This document shows, piece by piece, positions 7,773 to 16,608 of a stretch of DNA of 34,632 bases. The DNA is taken from NCBI GenBank assembly GCA_036446335.1, contig JAZFSU010000280.1, forward strand, positions 1 through 34,632. Reading direction: 5' to 3'. Origin of the DNA: Dehalococcoidia bacterium (GTDB taxonomy: Bacteria > Chloroflexota > Dehalococcoidia > SZUA-161). Made by a program: the position numbers and the translations under genes. Position 1 is the first letter of the stretch. The number at the start of each line of letters is the position of its first letter. The notes beneath the pieces are model-generated. The model did not search any database. It saw nothing but the letters and a program-made list of their open reading frames with translations, and was not told the origin of the DNA.

Positions 7773-8200
7773 CGGCTCGACACCCATATCCGCTCGCCGT
7801 GAAGGATCGATATTGTCGCACAGACTGATGAGGATATCGTGCCTATCCGGAGATCGTCAAGTGACGAGGGGCATTAGCCGGAAAGGTGTCACGCGAAAAG
7901 CAGCGCTTGCGACCGCGAAGGATGCCGTCACCATTGGCATCGGCAGACCGGTATTCAAAGAACCGTGGCTCCTGCGGCGCTACCTGGCATCCGTTTTCAA
8001 ATATCACGCCATTATGGGCTACTGTGAATCCCACATGGCCTAGGCCCTTCTCTTGCGAACGTTTCTTGGTTACAATATATCACTGGGGACAAGGGGCGCA
8101 GCCGATATGCTCGAGAGCTGGAAGCTTCCAGCTACCCAGTGGTCGGCTCCCGGCAAGTCGATCAGCCAAACCGTCGGAGAGGCGGCTGAGCGGAGTTGAT

Positions 8201-9646
8201 ATGTCATACAAGAATAGCCAACAGTTTGTGGCAGCACTAGAATCCGCGGGTGAATTGCACAGGGTTTCCGTGGAAGTTGATCCCATGCTGGAGATCGCGG
8301 CAATAGCCGATCGCACCAGCAAAGCCCATGGCTCCGCGCTCCTGTTTGAGAATGTGAAAGGCTCCCCCTTTCCTCTTCTCATTAATGCATTCGGAAGTTA
8401 CCGTAGAATGCATATGGCTCTTGACTGCAACTCTTTCGACGAGATAGGCAGCCGACTGCAGTCTCGCATTAAGATGCAACCGCCGGAAAGCCTCATCGAC
8501 AAGATCAGAATGCTCTTTACGCTGAAGGAAATGGCAGACATGCTCCCGAAGAAGGTCAAACGAGCACCATGCCAGGATAGGGCATTTGACTCAAACAGTG
8601 CGCTGCTGGATATGCTTCCCATCCTGACATGCTGGCCTCACGACGGTGGACCATTTGTGACATTGCCGCTCGTCATCACCAAAGACCCTGATAATGGGAT
8701 TCAAAACGTGGGCATGTATCGGATGCAGAAGTACGACAAGGCGACCACCGGAATGCACTGGCAATATAACAAAGATGGGGCCCGCCATTTCGACAAATAC
8801 AAAGCCAGAGGGGAACGAATGCCCGTGGCTGTGGCTCTCGGTGGGTCACCGGTGGTCACCTATGCGGCGACCGCGCCACTTCCGCCGGATGTTGACGAAT
8901 TGGTGTTGGCCGGCTTTATCAATGGAAGAGCGATCGAGGTCGTCAAGGCTGAGACAGTCGACCTGTTTGTGCCTGCCGAATCGGATTTCATTCTCGAGGG
9001 GTACGTAGATCCCCACGAGGAAAGGATCGAGGGGCCATTCGGGGATCACACCGGCTTCTATTCGCCTGCCGATGCGTATCCGGTATTCCACGTCACGCGT
9101 ATTACCTGCCGAAACAATGCTGTGTATCCAGCGACGGTGGTCGGAAAGCCCCCGATGGAAGACTGCTACATGGCAAAGGCCACTGAGCGCATTTTTCTAC
9201 CGCTCATCACCTTTCTGGTGCCAGAGATTGTGGACATAGAGCTGCCCATGGAGGGGGTCTTCCACAATTGTGCTCTGGTGACCATCGACAAGAAGTTCCC
9301 CGGCCAGGCCAAGAAGGTCATCCATGCTCTCTGGGGGATAGGACAGATGTCATCGACCAAGTATGTTGCCGTGTTCGATAGAGACATCGATCTCAGGGAT
9401 TCCCGTACAGTTGTCTGGAAGCTCCTTAACAACGTCGATCCCAAGAGAGATCTCGTGCTGTCAGAAGGCCCGCTCGATGCCCTGGATCATTCAGCTCCAT
9501 ACCCCGATTTCGGGGGCAAAATGGGCATTGATGCGACCCGCAAAACCCGCGAAGAAGGCATGGGCCGGGAATGGCCCGAAGAGATCCGGATGTCCACTGA
9601 CGTCGAGGAGTTGGTAAGTGGACGGTGGAAAGAATATGGGCTATAG
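8201..9646 (+). CDS. UbiD-family decarboxylase (menaquinone-biosynthesis decarboxylase type)
   Basis: ORF 7886..9646, but the first ~105 codons are Arg/Ser/Pro-rich junk. ATG 8201 gives MSYKNSQQFVAALESAGELHRVSVEVDPMLEIAAI...LLFENVKGSPFPLLINAFGS, a typical UbiD N-terminus at the typical ~481 aa. First gene of the mqn operon, followed by UbiA and UbiX partners. Confidence 0.85.
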   Translation: MSYKNSQQFVAALESAGELHRVSVEVDPMLEIAAIADRTSKAHGSALLFENVKGSPFPLLINAFGSYRRMHMALDCNSFDEIGSRLQSRIKMQPPESLIDKIRMLFTLKEMADMLPKKVKRAPCQDRAFDSNSALLDMLPILTCWPHDGGPFVTLPLVITKDPDNGIQNVGMYRMQKYDKATTGMHWQYNKDGARHFDKYKARGERMPVAVALGGSPVVTYAATAPLPPDVDELVLAGFINGRAIEVVKAETVDLFVPAESDFILEGYVDPHEERIEGPFGDHTGFYSPADAYPVFHVTRITCRNNAVYPATVVGKPPMEDCYMAKATERIFLPLITFLVPEIVDIELPMEGVFHNCALVTIDKKFPGQAKKVIHALWGIGQMSSTKYVAVFDRDIDLRDSRTVVWKLLNNVDPKRDLVLSEGPLDALDHSAPYPDFGGKMGIDATRKTREEGMGREWPEEIRMSTDVEELVSGRWKEYGL

Positions 9647-10478
9647 GAAGCTCTCGCAACTGATCATGTTGGAGCAGACATTGTTTGCGCTTCCGTTTGC
9701 TTACCTGGGCGTGCTCTTTGCAGGTGGAGGAACGGCCACGACCTGGATATGGGTCACCGTAGCGCTCGTTGCCGCGCGGGCTGCGGGCATGTCTTTCAAT
9801 CGCGCAATTGATGCGGATATCGATAGCAAGAACCCTCGCACACGGGAGCGGCTGATCCCGAGGGGGGAGGTCCGACGTCAAACCGCCTGGCTTGTAGGTA
9901 TCATTGGAGCGCTGGTACTCGTCGGCGCGTCGTACATGCTCAACGAGCTCTGTTTCTACCTGTCCTTCCCGGCAATCATCATGCTATATACCTATTCCTA
10001 TTTCAAGCGCTTCTCCGCATCTTCTCATTTCTATCTGGGGTTTGTCGAAGCGGCGGCACCCATCGGGGGCTATCTGGCCGTGAGTGGTGAATTCACCTTG
10101 ACACCTCTTGTTCTGGGATTTGTGATCATGACGTGGATTGCCGGCCTCGACATCGTGTATGCGCTGCAAGATATGGATTTTGACGCTCGAGAGAAGCTCC
10201 ATTCCATCCCAGTCGTTGTGGGAAGGGAAGGGGCTCTGGCAATATCCGCTGGCTGCTATGTTCTCGCCGTAGGTGCATTGGTTCTGGCAGGACTTCGTGC
10301 TGACATGGCCGCACCCTATTGGCTTGCCGTGGCGGGCACGGCGATGATCTTCGTCTACCAGCAAAAACTTGCCAGAAGCGATCGTCAGTCAGTGGCCATC
10401 GGCAAGTTCTTTCGCGCCAATATGTATGTTTCCCCCACTCTGCTCTGCGGCACGGCTATTGCCGTGGCCCTATGGTGA
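9636..10478 (+). CDS. mqnP: UbiA-family polyprenyltransferase (1,4-dihydroxy-6-naphthoate prenyltransferase type)
   Basis: ORF 9618..10478 (GTG 9618, or ATG 9636 preceded by GGTGGA). UbiA motifs NRAIDADIDSKNPRT (NxxxDxxxD) and YALQDMDFD, with multiple TM helices. Overlaps the UbiD stop. The gene symbol is tentative and based on context. Confidence 0.82.
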   Translation: MGYRKLSQLIMLEQTLFALPFAYLGVLFAGGGTATTWIWVTVALVAARAAGMSFNRAIDADIDSKNPRTRERLIPRGEVRRQTAWLVGIIGALVLVGASYMLNELCFYLSFPAIIMLYTYSYFKRFSASSHFYLGFVEAAAPIGGYLAVSGEFTLTPLVLGFVIMTWIAGLDIVYALQDMDFDAREKLHSIPVVVGREGALAISAGCYVLAVGALVLAGLRADMAAPYWLAVAGTAMIFVYQQKLARSDRQSVAIGKFFRANMYVSPTLLCGTAIAVALW

Positions 10479-11089
10479 AGGAAAGAATGATCGTTGTAGG
10501 GATAACGGGAGCAAGTGGCCCGATCCTGGGCATTCGACTTGTCGAGGAGCTGCTCAACGCAGGAGACGAGGTTGCAGGAATCGTCTCCGACAGGGCATGG
10601 GCAGTCATCGCGCATGAACTATCACATGTTAGATCGGGTGATCAACCTTTGAGGGAATTGCTTCGAAGCCGGGGCATTGCGCGTAGCGTCGGCCAGTTCA
10701 GGGAGTTTGACGACAGCGATTTCTTCTCACCGCTTGCAAGCGGTTCCAGCGTGTTTGAGGCTGTAGTGGTCATTCCGAGCTCGATGAAAACGCTGTCTGC
10801 CATTGCGAACGGATACGCCAATACCCTGATCATTCGGGCTTGTGACGTAGCCCTAAAGGAGAACCGGAAGTGCATCATCGTCCCACGGGAAACGCCGCTG
10901 AGTCTCATCCACATCGAGAACATGCGCAAGGCGGCATTGGCTGGCGCCGTCATTGCTCCCCCCGTCCCAGGCTTCTACGCCCATCCGAAAACGATTGATG
11001 ACGCAGTTGACTTCGTGGTGGGCAAAGTACTCAACATTCTCGGCAGAAAACACACCCTGTTTAAGGACTGGGAAGATCAGGCTTCCTGA
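10472..11089 (+). CDS. ubiX: UbiX-family flavin prenyltransferase
   Basis: ORF 10319..11089; ATG 10472 overlaps the UbiA stop (ATGGTGA). MIVVGITGASGPILGIRLVEELL, VVIPSSMKTLSAIANGYANTLI and PRETPLS are UbiX/Pad1 patterns. ~205 aa. Confidence 0.88.
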   Translation: MVKERMIVVGITGASGPILGIRLVEELLNAGDEVAGIVSDRAWAVIAHELSHVRSGDQPLRELLRSRGIARSVGQFREFDDSDFFSPLASGSSVFEAVVVIPSSMKTLSAIANGYANTLIIRACDVALKENRKCIIVPRETPLSLIHIENMRKAALAGAVIAPPVPGFYAHPKTIDDAVDFVVGKVLNILGRKHTLFKDWEDQAS

Positions 11090-11124
11090 TCGAGTGGGCA
11101 GTGGACCGAAGGCGTGAGATAACC

Positions 11125-12231
11125 ATGGAACTGTTGGATAGGATTCGAGACAAGACTCTTTGGAGAATCGCCGACAGGGTTCAGCAGAATATCCCCGTAG
11201 ACAGATCCGACGCCCGGCATATGCTAGCTTCAGATGACATCCTGGGCCTGGGGGCTATCGCCCATTACGTTCGAACCAGACTCCACGGCGATGTAGCCTA
11301 CTACGGCGTGAACACGAACGTCAACTATACGAACGTCTGTGAGTTGCGTTGCCCACTATGCGCCTATTCCCGCGATGCAGGAGACGATGATAGCTTTGTG
11401 TTGTCTTTGGAAGCAATTGAGGAAAGAGTGCGCAGTGCGGTCTCTTCCGGGATTGACGAGGTTCACATAGTGGGCGGGCTGCATCCCAGTCTCACACTCG
11501 ACTACTTCGAGGAGATGCTGCGGCGCATCAAGAGGATCAAGCCGGAGGTTTTCATCGTGGCATTCACTGCGGTGGAATACGATCATTTCGCCAGGGTAAG
11601 CGGCTTGTCGGTGGAAGACATATTCCGGCGTCTCATCGATGCAGGAGTGGACGCCCTGCCCGGTGGGGGGGCGGAGATATTTGCATCTCATGTGCGAGAG
11701 GTCATAGCTCCGAAGAAGATGTCAGGCGAACGATGGCTCGACGTTATGCGAATCGCTCACAGTATGGGCCTCAAGACCAACGCAACCATGCTCTACAACC
11801 ACAAGGAGAGCGCGGATGATGTTGTCGATCACTTGTTCCGAATTCGTCATCTCCAGGATGAAACAGGCGGCTTCAAGACCTTTGTGCCGCTCCCTTTTCA
11901 CGAGGAGAAGACACAGATTCAGGCAAACCGCCGCACCACGACGGGTTATGATGACATCCGCATCTACGCCACCAGTCGCATTGTGCTGCACAATGTGCCC
12001 CACCTGAAAGCCCTATGGATGTATCTCGGGGAGAAGATGGCACAGGTACTCCTGACGTTCGGGGTTGATGATATCGGCGCCACGTATGATAACGAGAAGG
12101 TGGTTCATGCTGCCGGAGCACAGACGCCGGATTTCGGATCCGAATCCTTTCTGAGAAGACTGGTCGAGGAAGCACAACTGATACCGAAACGATCGACCGC
12201 AGGCTACGGTTCCGACAGGACTGCGCTGTGA
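11125..12231 (+). CDS. mqnE: Aminodeoxyfutalosine synthase (radical SAM)
   Basis: ORF 11101..12231 (GTG 11101 or ATG 11125). CELRCPLCAY radical-SAM cluster; LPGGGAEIF, NATMLYNH, ETGGFKTFVPLPFH, HLKALWMYLG, FGVDDIGAT. I read this pattern as the MqnE rather than the MqnC branch of the CofH/MqnC/MqnE family. The paralogue assignment is by eye. Confidence 0.78.
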   Translation: MELLDRIRDKTLWRIADRVQQNIPVDRSDARHMLASDDILGLGAIAHYVRTRLHGDVAYYGVNTNVNYTNVCELRCPLCAYSRDAGDDDSFVLSLEAIEERVRSAVSSGIDEVHIVGGLHPSLTLDYFEEMLRRIKRIKPEVFIVAFTAVEYDHFARVSGLSVEDIFRRLIDAGVDALPGGGAEIFASHVREVIAPKKMSGERWLDVMRIAHSMGLKTNATMLYNHKESADDVVDHLFRIRHLQDETGGFKTFVPLPFHEEKTQIQANRRTTTGYDDIRIYATSRIVLHNVPHLKALWMYLGEKMAQVLLTFGVDDIGATYDNEKVVHAAGAQTPDFGSESFLRRLVEEAQLIPKRSTAGYGSDRTAL

Positions 12232-13055
12232 GACTTGGCTACATCGACTATCTCAACTGTTATCCTTTTTACTATCACATGTTTGAGCGGGAATCTATTG
12301 GCGGGGTCAAGGTGATCCCTGGGTATCCGACTGATCTCAATCGGATGATGATCTTCGGTGAACTCGACATGAGTCCCATTTCTGCTGCAACGTGCGCCGA
12401 AATGAACGGACAGATACTCCTTCTTCCTGATTCCTGTTTGAGTTCGGTGGGATACGTCGGGTCAGTTGTGCTCAGAAGTAAGGTCCCGATTGAGGATTTG
12501 CATCGCAGGACAGTGGGGCTTAGCAGAGCTTCATACACGTCCGTGTTGCTGCTGAAAATCCTGCTCCAGCGCTACTATGACATTGAACCGGTCTACCGTA
12601 CAACAGACCCAAATCCAACGCTGGACGGAATGGACGCCGCGCTTCTCATCGGCAATGAGGCCATGGTGGGAAGCCATCAGCCAGTCTCCTATTCGTACGA
12701 TCTGGGCGAGCTGTGGCTCCGCAAAACTGGTTCTCCGGTGGTGTTTGCAGTCTTTGCAGTCCGCCAGAGCGCTATTGAGAAGCACAGCTCACGGATTCGC
12801 GCTGTACTTCACTCCTACCACGATTCGCTACACTGCCTGGAAGCGGAAAGGGAGAAGGTTCTTGCCGGGGCACAGGGCAGATATCCAGACATCATGTACG
12901 ATGTCAATGCCTACTACCGCACTCTGCAGTTCGATTTCACGGATACGTTGAAAGATGCATTGACGCACTATCTGGACCTGGCCGCTGAGTTGGGACTTGT
13001 GGATGAACGGGCTCAACTCACGTACCTGCAATTGAATAGGGACTTGCCGGAGTGA
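12228..13055 (+). CDS. mqnA: Chorismate dehydratase (futalosine pathway, VitK2_biosynth/PF02621-type)
   Basis: The GTG start overlaps the mqnE TGA (GTGA). MRLGYIDYLNCYPFYY N-terminus, LLIGNEAM, and periplasmic-binding-protein-like length (275 aa), typical of MqnA. Confidence 0.8.
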   Translation: MRLGYIDYLNCYPFYYHMFERESIGGVKVIPGYPTDLNRMMIFGELDMSPISAATCAEMNGQILLLPDSCLSSVGYVGSVVLRSKVPIEDLHRRTVGLSRASYTSVLLLKILLQRYYDIEPVYRTTDPNPTLDGMDAALLIGNEAMVGSHQPVSYSYDLGELWLRKTGSPVVFAVFAVRQSAIEKHSSRIRAVLHSYHDSLHCLEAEREKVLAGAQGRYPDIMYDVNAYYRTLQFDFTDTLKDALTHYLDLAAELGLVDERAQLTYLQLNRDLPE

Positions 13056-13080
13056 GACAGACGGCGGGGAAAAAACCAGC

Positions 13081-14151
13081 ATGGCTCACATCAACGGTGA
13101 ACTCACACAGAAGGTAATCCAAGGGAAGCGCATCACGCCAGAGGAAGCACGAGAGCTATTCACATGGGATGTGCTCGAGCTGGGTTATCTGGGTGACGCA
13201 AGGAGAAGACTGGCGTTCCCCGAGGAACAGGTTGGATTCATCATCGATCGGATCGTCAACTTCACCAATGTCTGTGAAGTTGCCTGTAACTTCTGCGCCT
13301 TTCACGCTCGCGCCAATCGTATCAAAGCGTACGAGCTGTCTGAAGATGAAATCTGTCGCAAGGTGGAGGAGCTGGTGGCCACAGGCGGCACGCAGGTAAT
13401 GCTCCAGGGAGGGCTTCATCCTGATCACACGCTCGACACGTATCTGCGCTTGGTCAGAACGATCAGGGACCGCTTTCCCGAAGTCTACCTGCATTCGTTT
13501 TCCCCGGCCGAATTGGTCCACATTTCGAAGAAGGCTGCAGTGAATCTTGACACCGTGATAGGTGCTCTGAAAGATGCCGGCCTCGGTTCCGTACCGGGAG
13601 CATCGGATTTGTTGGTCGACAGAATCCGCTCGAAAGTGAGCCCACGAAAGCTCACCAAAGACGAGTGGTGTGAGGTGGCGTACGCCCTGCATCGCCACGG
13701 AATGCGTTCATCCGCGACCATGACCTATGGGATGGGCGAGACGCTCGACGAGCGTGTCGAGCATTTGAACGTGGTCCGCGATGTCCAAGATCGGACAGGT
13801 ATCTTGCGGGCCTTCATTCCATGGTCATTCTCGCCTCCCATGACGCGAATGGAAGACGTGCTTCCGGCAACCGGAATTGAGTATCTCAAGGTAGTTGCGG
13901 TTGGGCGAATCTTCCTCGACAATGTCACGTATATTCAAGCGGGATGGCTCACCGAGGGGATGAAGCTGGCACAGATAGCACTTACTATGGGGGCCAACGA
14001 CATGGGCGGTGTACTGATGGAGGAAGTTGTGGTCAAGGCAACCGGAATTGAAACTCGAACCAATCAGGCCGAGCTGATCGATCTCATCAGAAATACCGGA
14101 AAAACACCAGTGCAGCGTGATTCCGACTACAAGGTGATGAGGAGCTTCTGA
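13081..14151 (+). CDS. mqnC: Cyclic dehypoxanthinyl futalosine synthase (radical SAM)
   Basis: NFTNVCEVACNFCAF cluster, MLQGGLHP, ATMTYGMGET, IPWSF, IQAGWLTEG, MGANDMGGVLMEE: the MqnC-type pattern of the family. Paralogue assignment versus MqnE is by eye. Confidence 0.78.
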   Translation: MAHINGELTQKVIQGKRITPEEARELFTWDVLELGYLGDARRRLAFPEEQVGFIIDRIVNFTNVCEVACNFCAFHARANRIKAYELSEDEICRKVEELVATGGTQVMLQGGLHPDHTLDTYLRLVRTIRDRFPEVYLHSFSPAELVHISKKAAVNLDTVIGALKDAGLGSVPGASDLLVDRIRSKVSPRKLTKDEWCEVAYALHRHGMRSSATMTYGMGETLDERVEHLNVVRDVQDRTGILRAFIPWSFSPPMTRMEDVLPATGIEYLKVVAVGRIFLDNVTYIQAGWLTEGMKLAQIALTMGANDMGGVLMEEVVVKATGIETRTNQAELIDLIRNTGKTPVQRDSDYKVMRSF

Positions 14152-14876
14152 TGCAAACCCATGTCACCTACAAGGCCGACAATGAGAATCCGGATGAACG
14201 GAAGCGGTTCATTCAAGAGCTATTCGATTCTATCGTCCCGTCTTATGACTCACTGAATCACGTCCTGTCTTTCGGAACAGATGGCAGATGGCGCAAGGAC
14301 ATGATACGCTGTATGGGCACCCTCGAAGGCCGGATGGTCATCGATCTCTGCTGTGGGACTGGCGACGTTTCCCGGTTATTGAGCCAGCGAGGTGCGAAAA
14401 CCGTCTCGCTCGATTTCTCTCTAAAGATGCTCCACCAGGGAATCAGGAAGAAGGCTCTCACCAGCGATTCCATCATGGCCGATGCGAGTGTTCTCCCGTT
14501 CAAGAACAACACCTTTGATGCCGCCACTATCGCCTTCGGCATCCGGAATATCCCGGACCTGGATCGTTTCATGGAAGAAGTTCATCGGATGCTGAAGCCG
14601 GATGGGCAACTGACCATCCTGGAACTTATCAGGCCCAAGAGCAGAATCATCCGGGTTCCCTATTCGTTCTACCTAAGCAGGCTATTGCCACTCATCGGAG
14701 GCATCGTGTCCGGCAGGCCGCTCGCCTATCGATATCTTTCCGGGACAATTGCCACCTTTGTTCATCCCCTGACCATCCAGAAGATGCTGGAGAAGCATGG
14801 ATTCACGTCCGTGTCGCATTCCCCAAAAACATTCGGCGTCGCCACCGTCATCGTCTGCTCGAAAGGGACGCAATGA
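14151..14876 (+). CDS. ubiE: Demethylmenaquinone / ubiquinone-menaquinone C-methyltransferase
   Basis: The start overlaps the mqnC stop (TGATG). FDSIVPSYDSLNHVLSFGTDGRWRK, DLCCGTGD (SAM motif I), FGIRNIPD, LKPDGQLTILE: classic UbiE/MenG motifs. Confidence 0.88.
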   Translation: MQTHVTYKADNENPDERKRFIQELFDSIVPSYDSLNHVLSFGTDGRWRKDMIRCMGTLEGRMVIDLCCGTGDVSRLLSQRGAKTVSLDFSLKMLHQGIRKKALTSDSIMADASVLPFKNNTFDAATIAFGIRNIPDLDRFMEEVHRMLKPDGQLTILELIRPKSRIIRVPYSFYLSRLLPLIGGIVSGRPLAYRYLSGTIATFVHPLTIQKMLEKHGFTSVSHSPKTFGVATVIVCSKGTQ

Positions 14877-15673
14877 CGCAAATTGATCTTGCCTTCAGTC
14901 CCTGTCCAAACGACACTTTCATCTTCCATGCGATGCTCCACGATTGCATTGATACCGCTCCCTTTTCGTTCACGGCGCATTTACATGATGTGGAGACGCT
15001 GAATCTCAAATCCGCCGACGGGACATTTCACGTGACAAAACTCTCGTTCTTCGCATACATGCGGGTCAAGGACAACTATGCCCTGCTTGACGCCGGTGCT
15101 GCGCTTGGCTATGGATGCGGACCGCTTCTGGTGGCGAGGTCAAGGGACATATCCCTGACAGAGGCCCGCATAGCCGTTCCCGGAGCACACACCACAGCCC
15201 ATCTTCTGTTGAAACTTTGGAATCCAGCAATTCAGAATATCGAACTGACGCAGTTTGATCACATCCTTCCCGGAATTGAGTCGGGAGAGTATGATGCCGG
15301 GGTGATCATCCACGAGGGCCGGTTCGTTTATCCGACCTACGATTGTGTTGAAGTTGTCGATCTCGGCAAGTGGTGGGAAGCTGAGACGGGAATGCCCATC
15401 CCTTTGGGTTGCATTGCAGTCCGCAGGGACGTTGCAGCACTCGGCCACAAAGAGGATATTGAACGAATCCTCAGAGAGTCGGTTCAATATGCCTTTGATA
15501 ACCACGATGCATCGAGGGCATTCGTCAAGGCGCATGCCAATGAGATGGATGACGAAGCAGTCAATTCGCACATCCATCTTTATGTAAACGATTTCACCCT
15601 GTCTTTGGGAGACAAGGGCAGGATAGCTGCAGAGAAGTTGGAGGACATGGCACGATGTCGCGGAATCCTCTAG
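14873..15673 (+). CDS. mqnD: 1,4-dihydroxy-6-naphthoate synthase
   Basis: ATGA overlap with ubiE. LAFSPCPNDTFIFHAMLH N-terminus and IHEGRF, characteristic of MqnD (PF02621 family). 266 aa. Confidence 0.82.
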   Translation: MTQIDLAFSPCPNDTFIFHAMLHDCIDTAPFSFTAHLHDVETLNLKSADGTFHVTKLSFFAYMRVKDNYALLDAGAALGYGCGPLLVARSRDISLTEARIAVPGAHTTAHLLLKLWNPAIQNIELTQFDHILPGIESGEYDAGVIIHEGRFVYPTYDCVEVVDLGKWWEAETGMPIPLGCIAVRRDVAALGHKEDIERILRESVQYAFDNHDASRAFVKAHANEMDDEAVNSHIHLYVNDFTLSLGDKGRIAAEKLEDMARCRGIL

Positions 15674-16305
15674 CCGGTATAGTCATGGCTACGCTGCTGG
15701 AAGCAGACCCGTTTATCGAGAGTCTCGGCCTCCACGAAATCGAGAACACACCATTTCCGCTCTATGAACGTGACGACCTGATCTTGGTGATATCAGGGAT
15801 CGGAAAGGCCAACGCCGCTATGGCGACGATGTATTGCGGCATCAGGTTTCACCCAAGATGGGTCTGCAACCTCGGTGCGGCCGGAGCGACGGACTCGTCA
15901 CACCCACTGGGGGCAATCTACCACATTGACAAAGTAACCGAATATGACCGGCCATTCCTTCAATCGGCTGAACCCCGGATGCATACTCCTTACGTCCTGC
16001 AGGGATTCGAGACCGCAACCATTGCCACCCAGGATAAGCCAGTCCTTTCTGCAGACGAACGAAGGGAAATCTCGCTCCATGCAGACCTTGTCGATATGGA
16101 AGCAGCCGCAGTTGTTCAAGCATGCGGCAAACTTGATATGCGGCCTGTGCTCTTCAAATTCGTGAGTGATACTCCAGCCCACTCCGGTCACAGCGACATT
16201 GTGGAGCATATCGAACGCTATCGTGCCCCGTTTTGCCAGTTCTTCTCACGTTCCATAATGCCGGTCCTGAGTACGATGCCACTGCCCGGTTCGCCGAACT
16301 GCTAA
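15655..16305 (+). CDS. mqnB: Futalosine (or aminofutalosine) nucleosidase, PNP_UDP_1 family
   Basis: Overlaps the mqnD end. SGIGKANAAMAT and DLVDMEAAAV are MTAN/nucleoside-phosphorylase motifs. ~216 aa; last gene of the mqn operon. Substrate is assigned from context only. Confidence 0.65.
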   Translation: MSRNPLAGIVMATLLEADPFIESLGLHEIENTPFPLYERDDLILVISGIGKANAAMATMYCGIRFHPRWVCNLGAAGATDSSHPLGAIYHIDKVTEYDRPFLQSAEPRMHTPYVLQGFETATIATQDKPVLSADERREISLHADLVDMEAAAVVQACGKLDMRPVLFKFVSDTPAHSGHSDIVEHIERYRAPFCQFFSRSIMPVLSTMPLPGSPNC

Positions 16306-16608
16306 CACGGGCCTCAATACCTGGGCAGCTGAACCCCGCGTTGAAACCGCCTCTCAAAAGGCGCACGGCCTGCCCCTCGCCGTCACACTTGCCACAACGA
16401 CTTCAAGAGACCCGACAGGATACAGCCCGAGGGCCAACAGGGAGGTTTGAATCAGCGTGTTCCATTCCAGCCGGTGAGGCCGGTTGACTGCTCAGCATTT
16501 TGCCTGGCAAATGCAGCTTCGGTCAGCTTCGATTCTTTTCCACCACTTCGAGTTCGTGCTAGCTTCATCATTTCCGGGCTTCTCTTGTTCTTCCTCACAC
16601 CGGATGTT

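Noticed and set aside
7843-8034. Minus-strand 63-aa ORF containing ADANGDGI, a possible dockerin/FG-GAP Ca-loop relic next to the dockerin gene.
   Set aside because: Only one 6-residue motif is present. The flanking residues (Arg-rich) do not continue any dockerin or FG-GAP pattern in any frame I tried. Too short to distinguish from chance.
8053-8076. TTGCGA ... TACAAT as the mqn operon promoter.
   Set aside because: The -10 is good, but the spacer is only 12 nt and the TG lies 2 nt, not 1 nt, from the hexamer. It is too non-canonical to list as a feature, so it is mentioned only within the intergenic-region finding.
7886-8200. 105-codon N-terminal extension of the UbiD ORF (start 7886).
   Set aside because: The extension is Arg/Ser/Pro-rich with no similarity to UbiD N-termini. 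ATG 8201 gives a canonical UbiD N-terminus and length.
16452-16571. 39-aa minus-strand small ORF (MMKLARTRSGGKESKLTEAAFARQNAEQSTGLTGWNGTR) downstream of Yip1.
   Set aside because: No convincing SD at proper spacing, no recognisable motif, and it overlaps the palindrome/tandem repeat. There is not enough evidence to call a gene.
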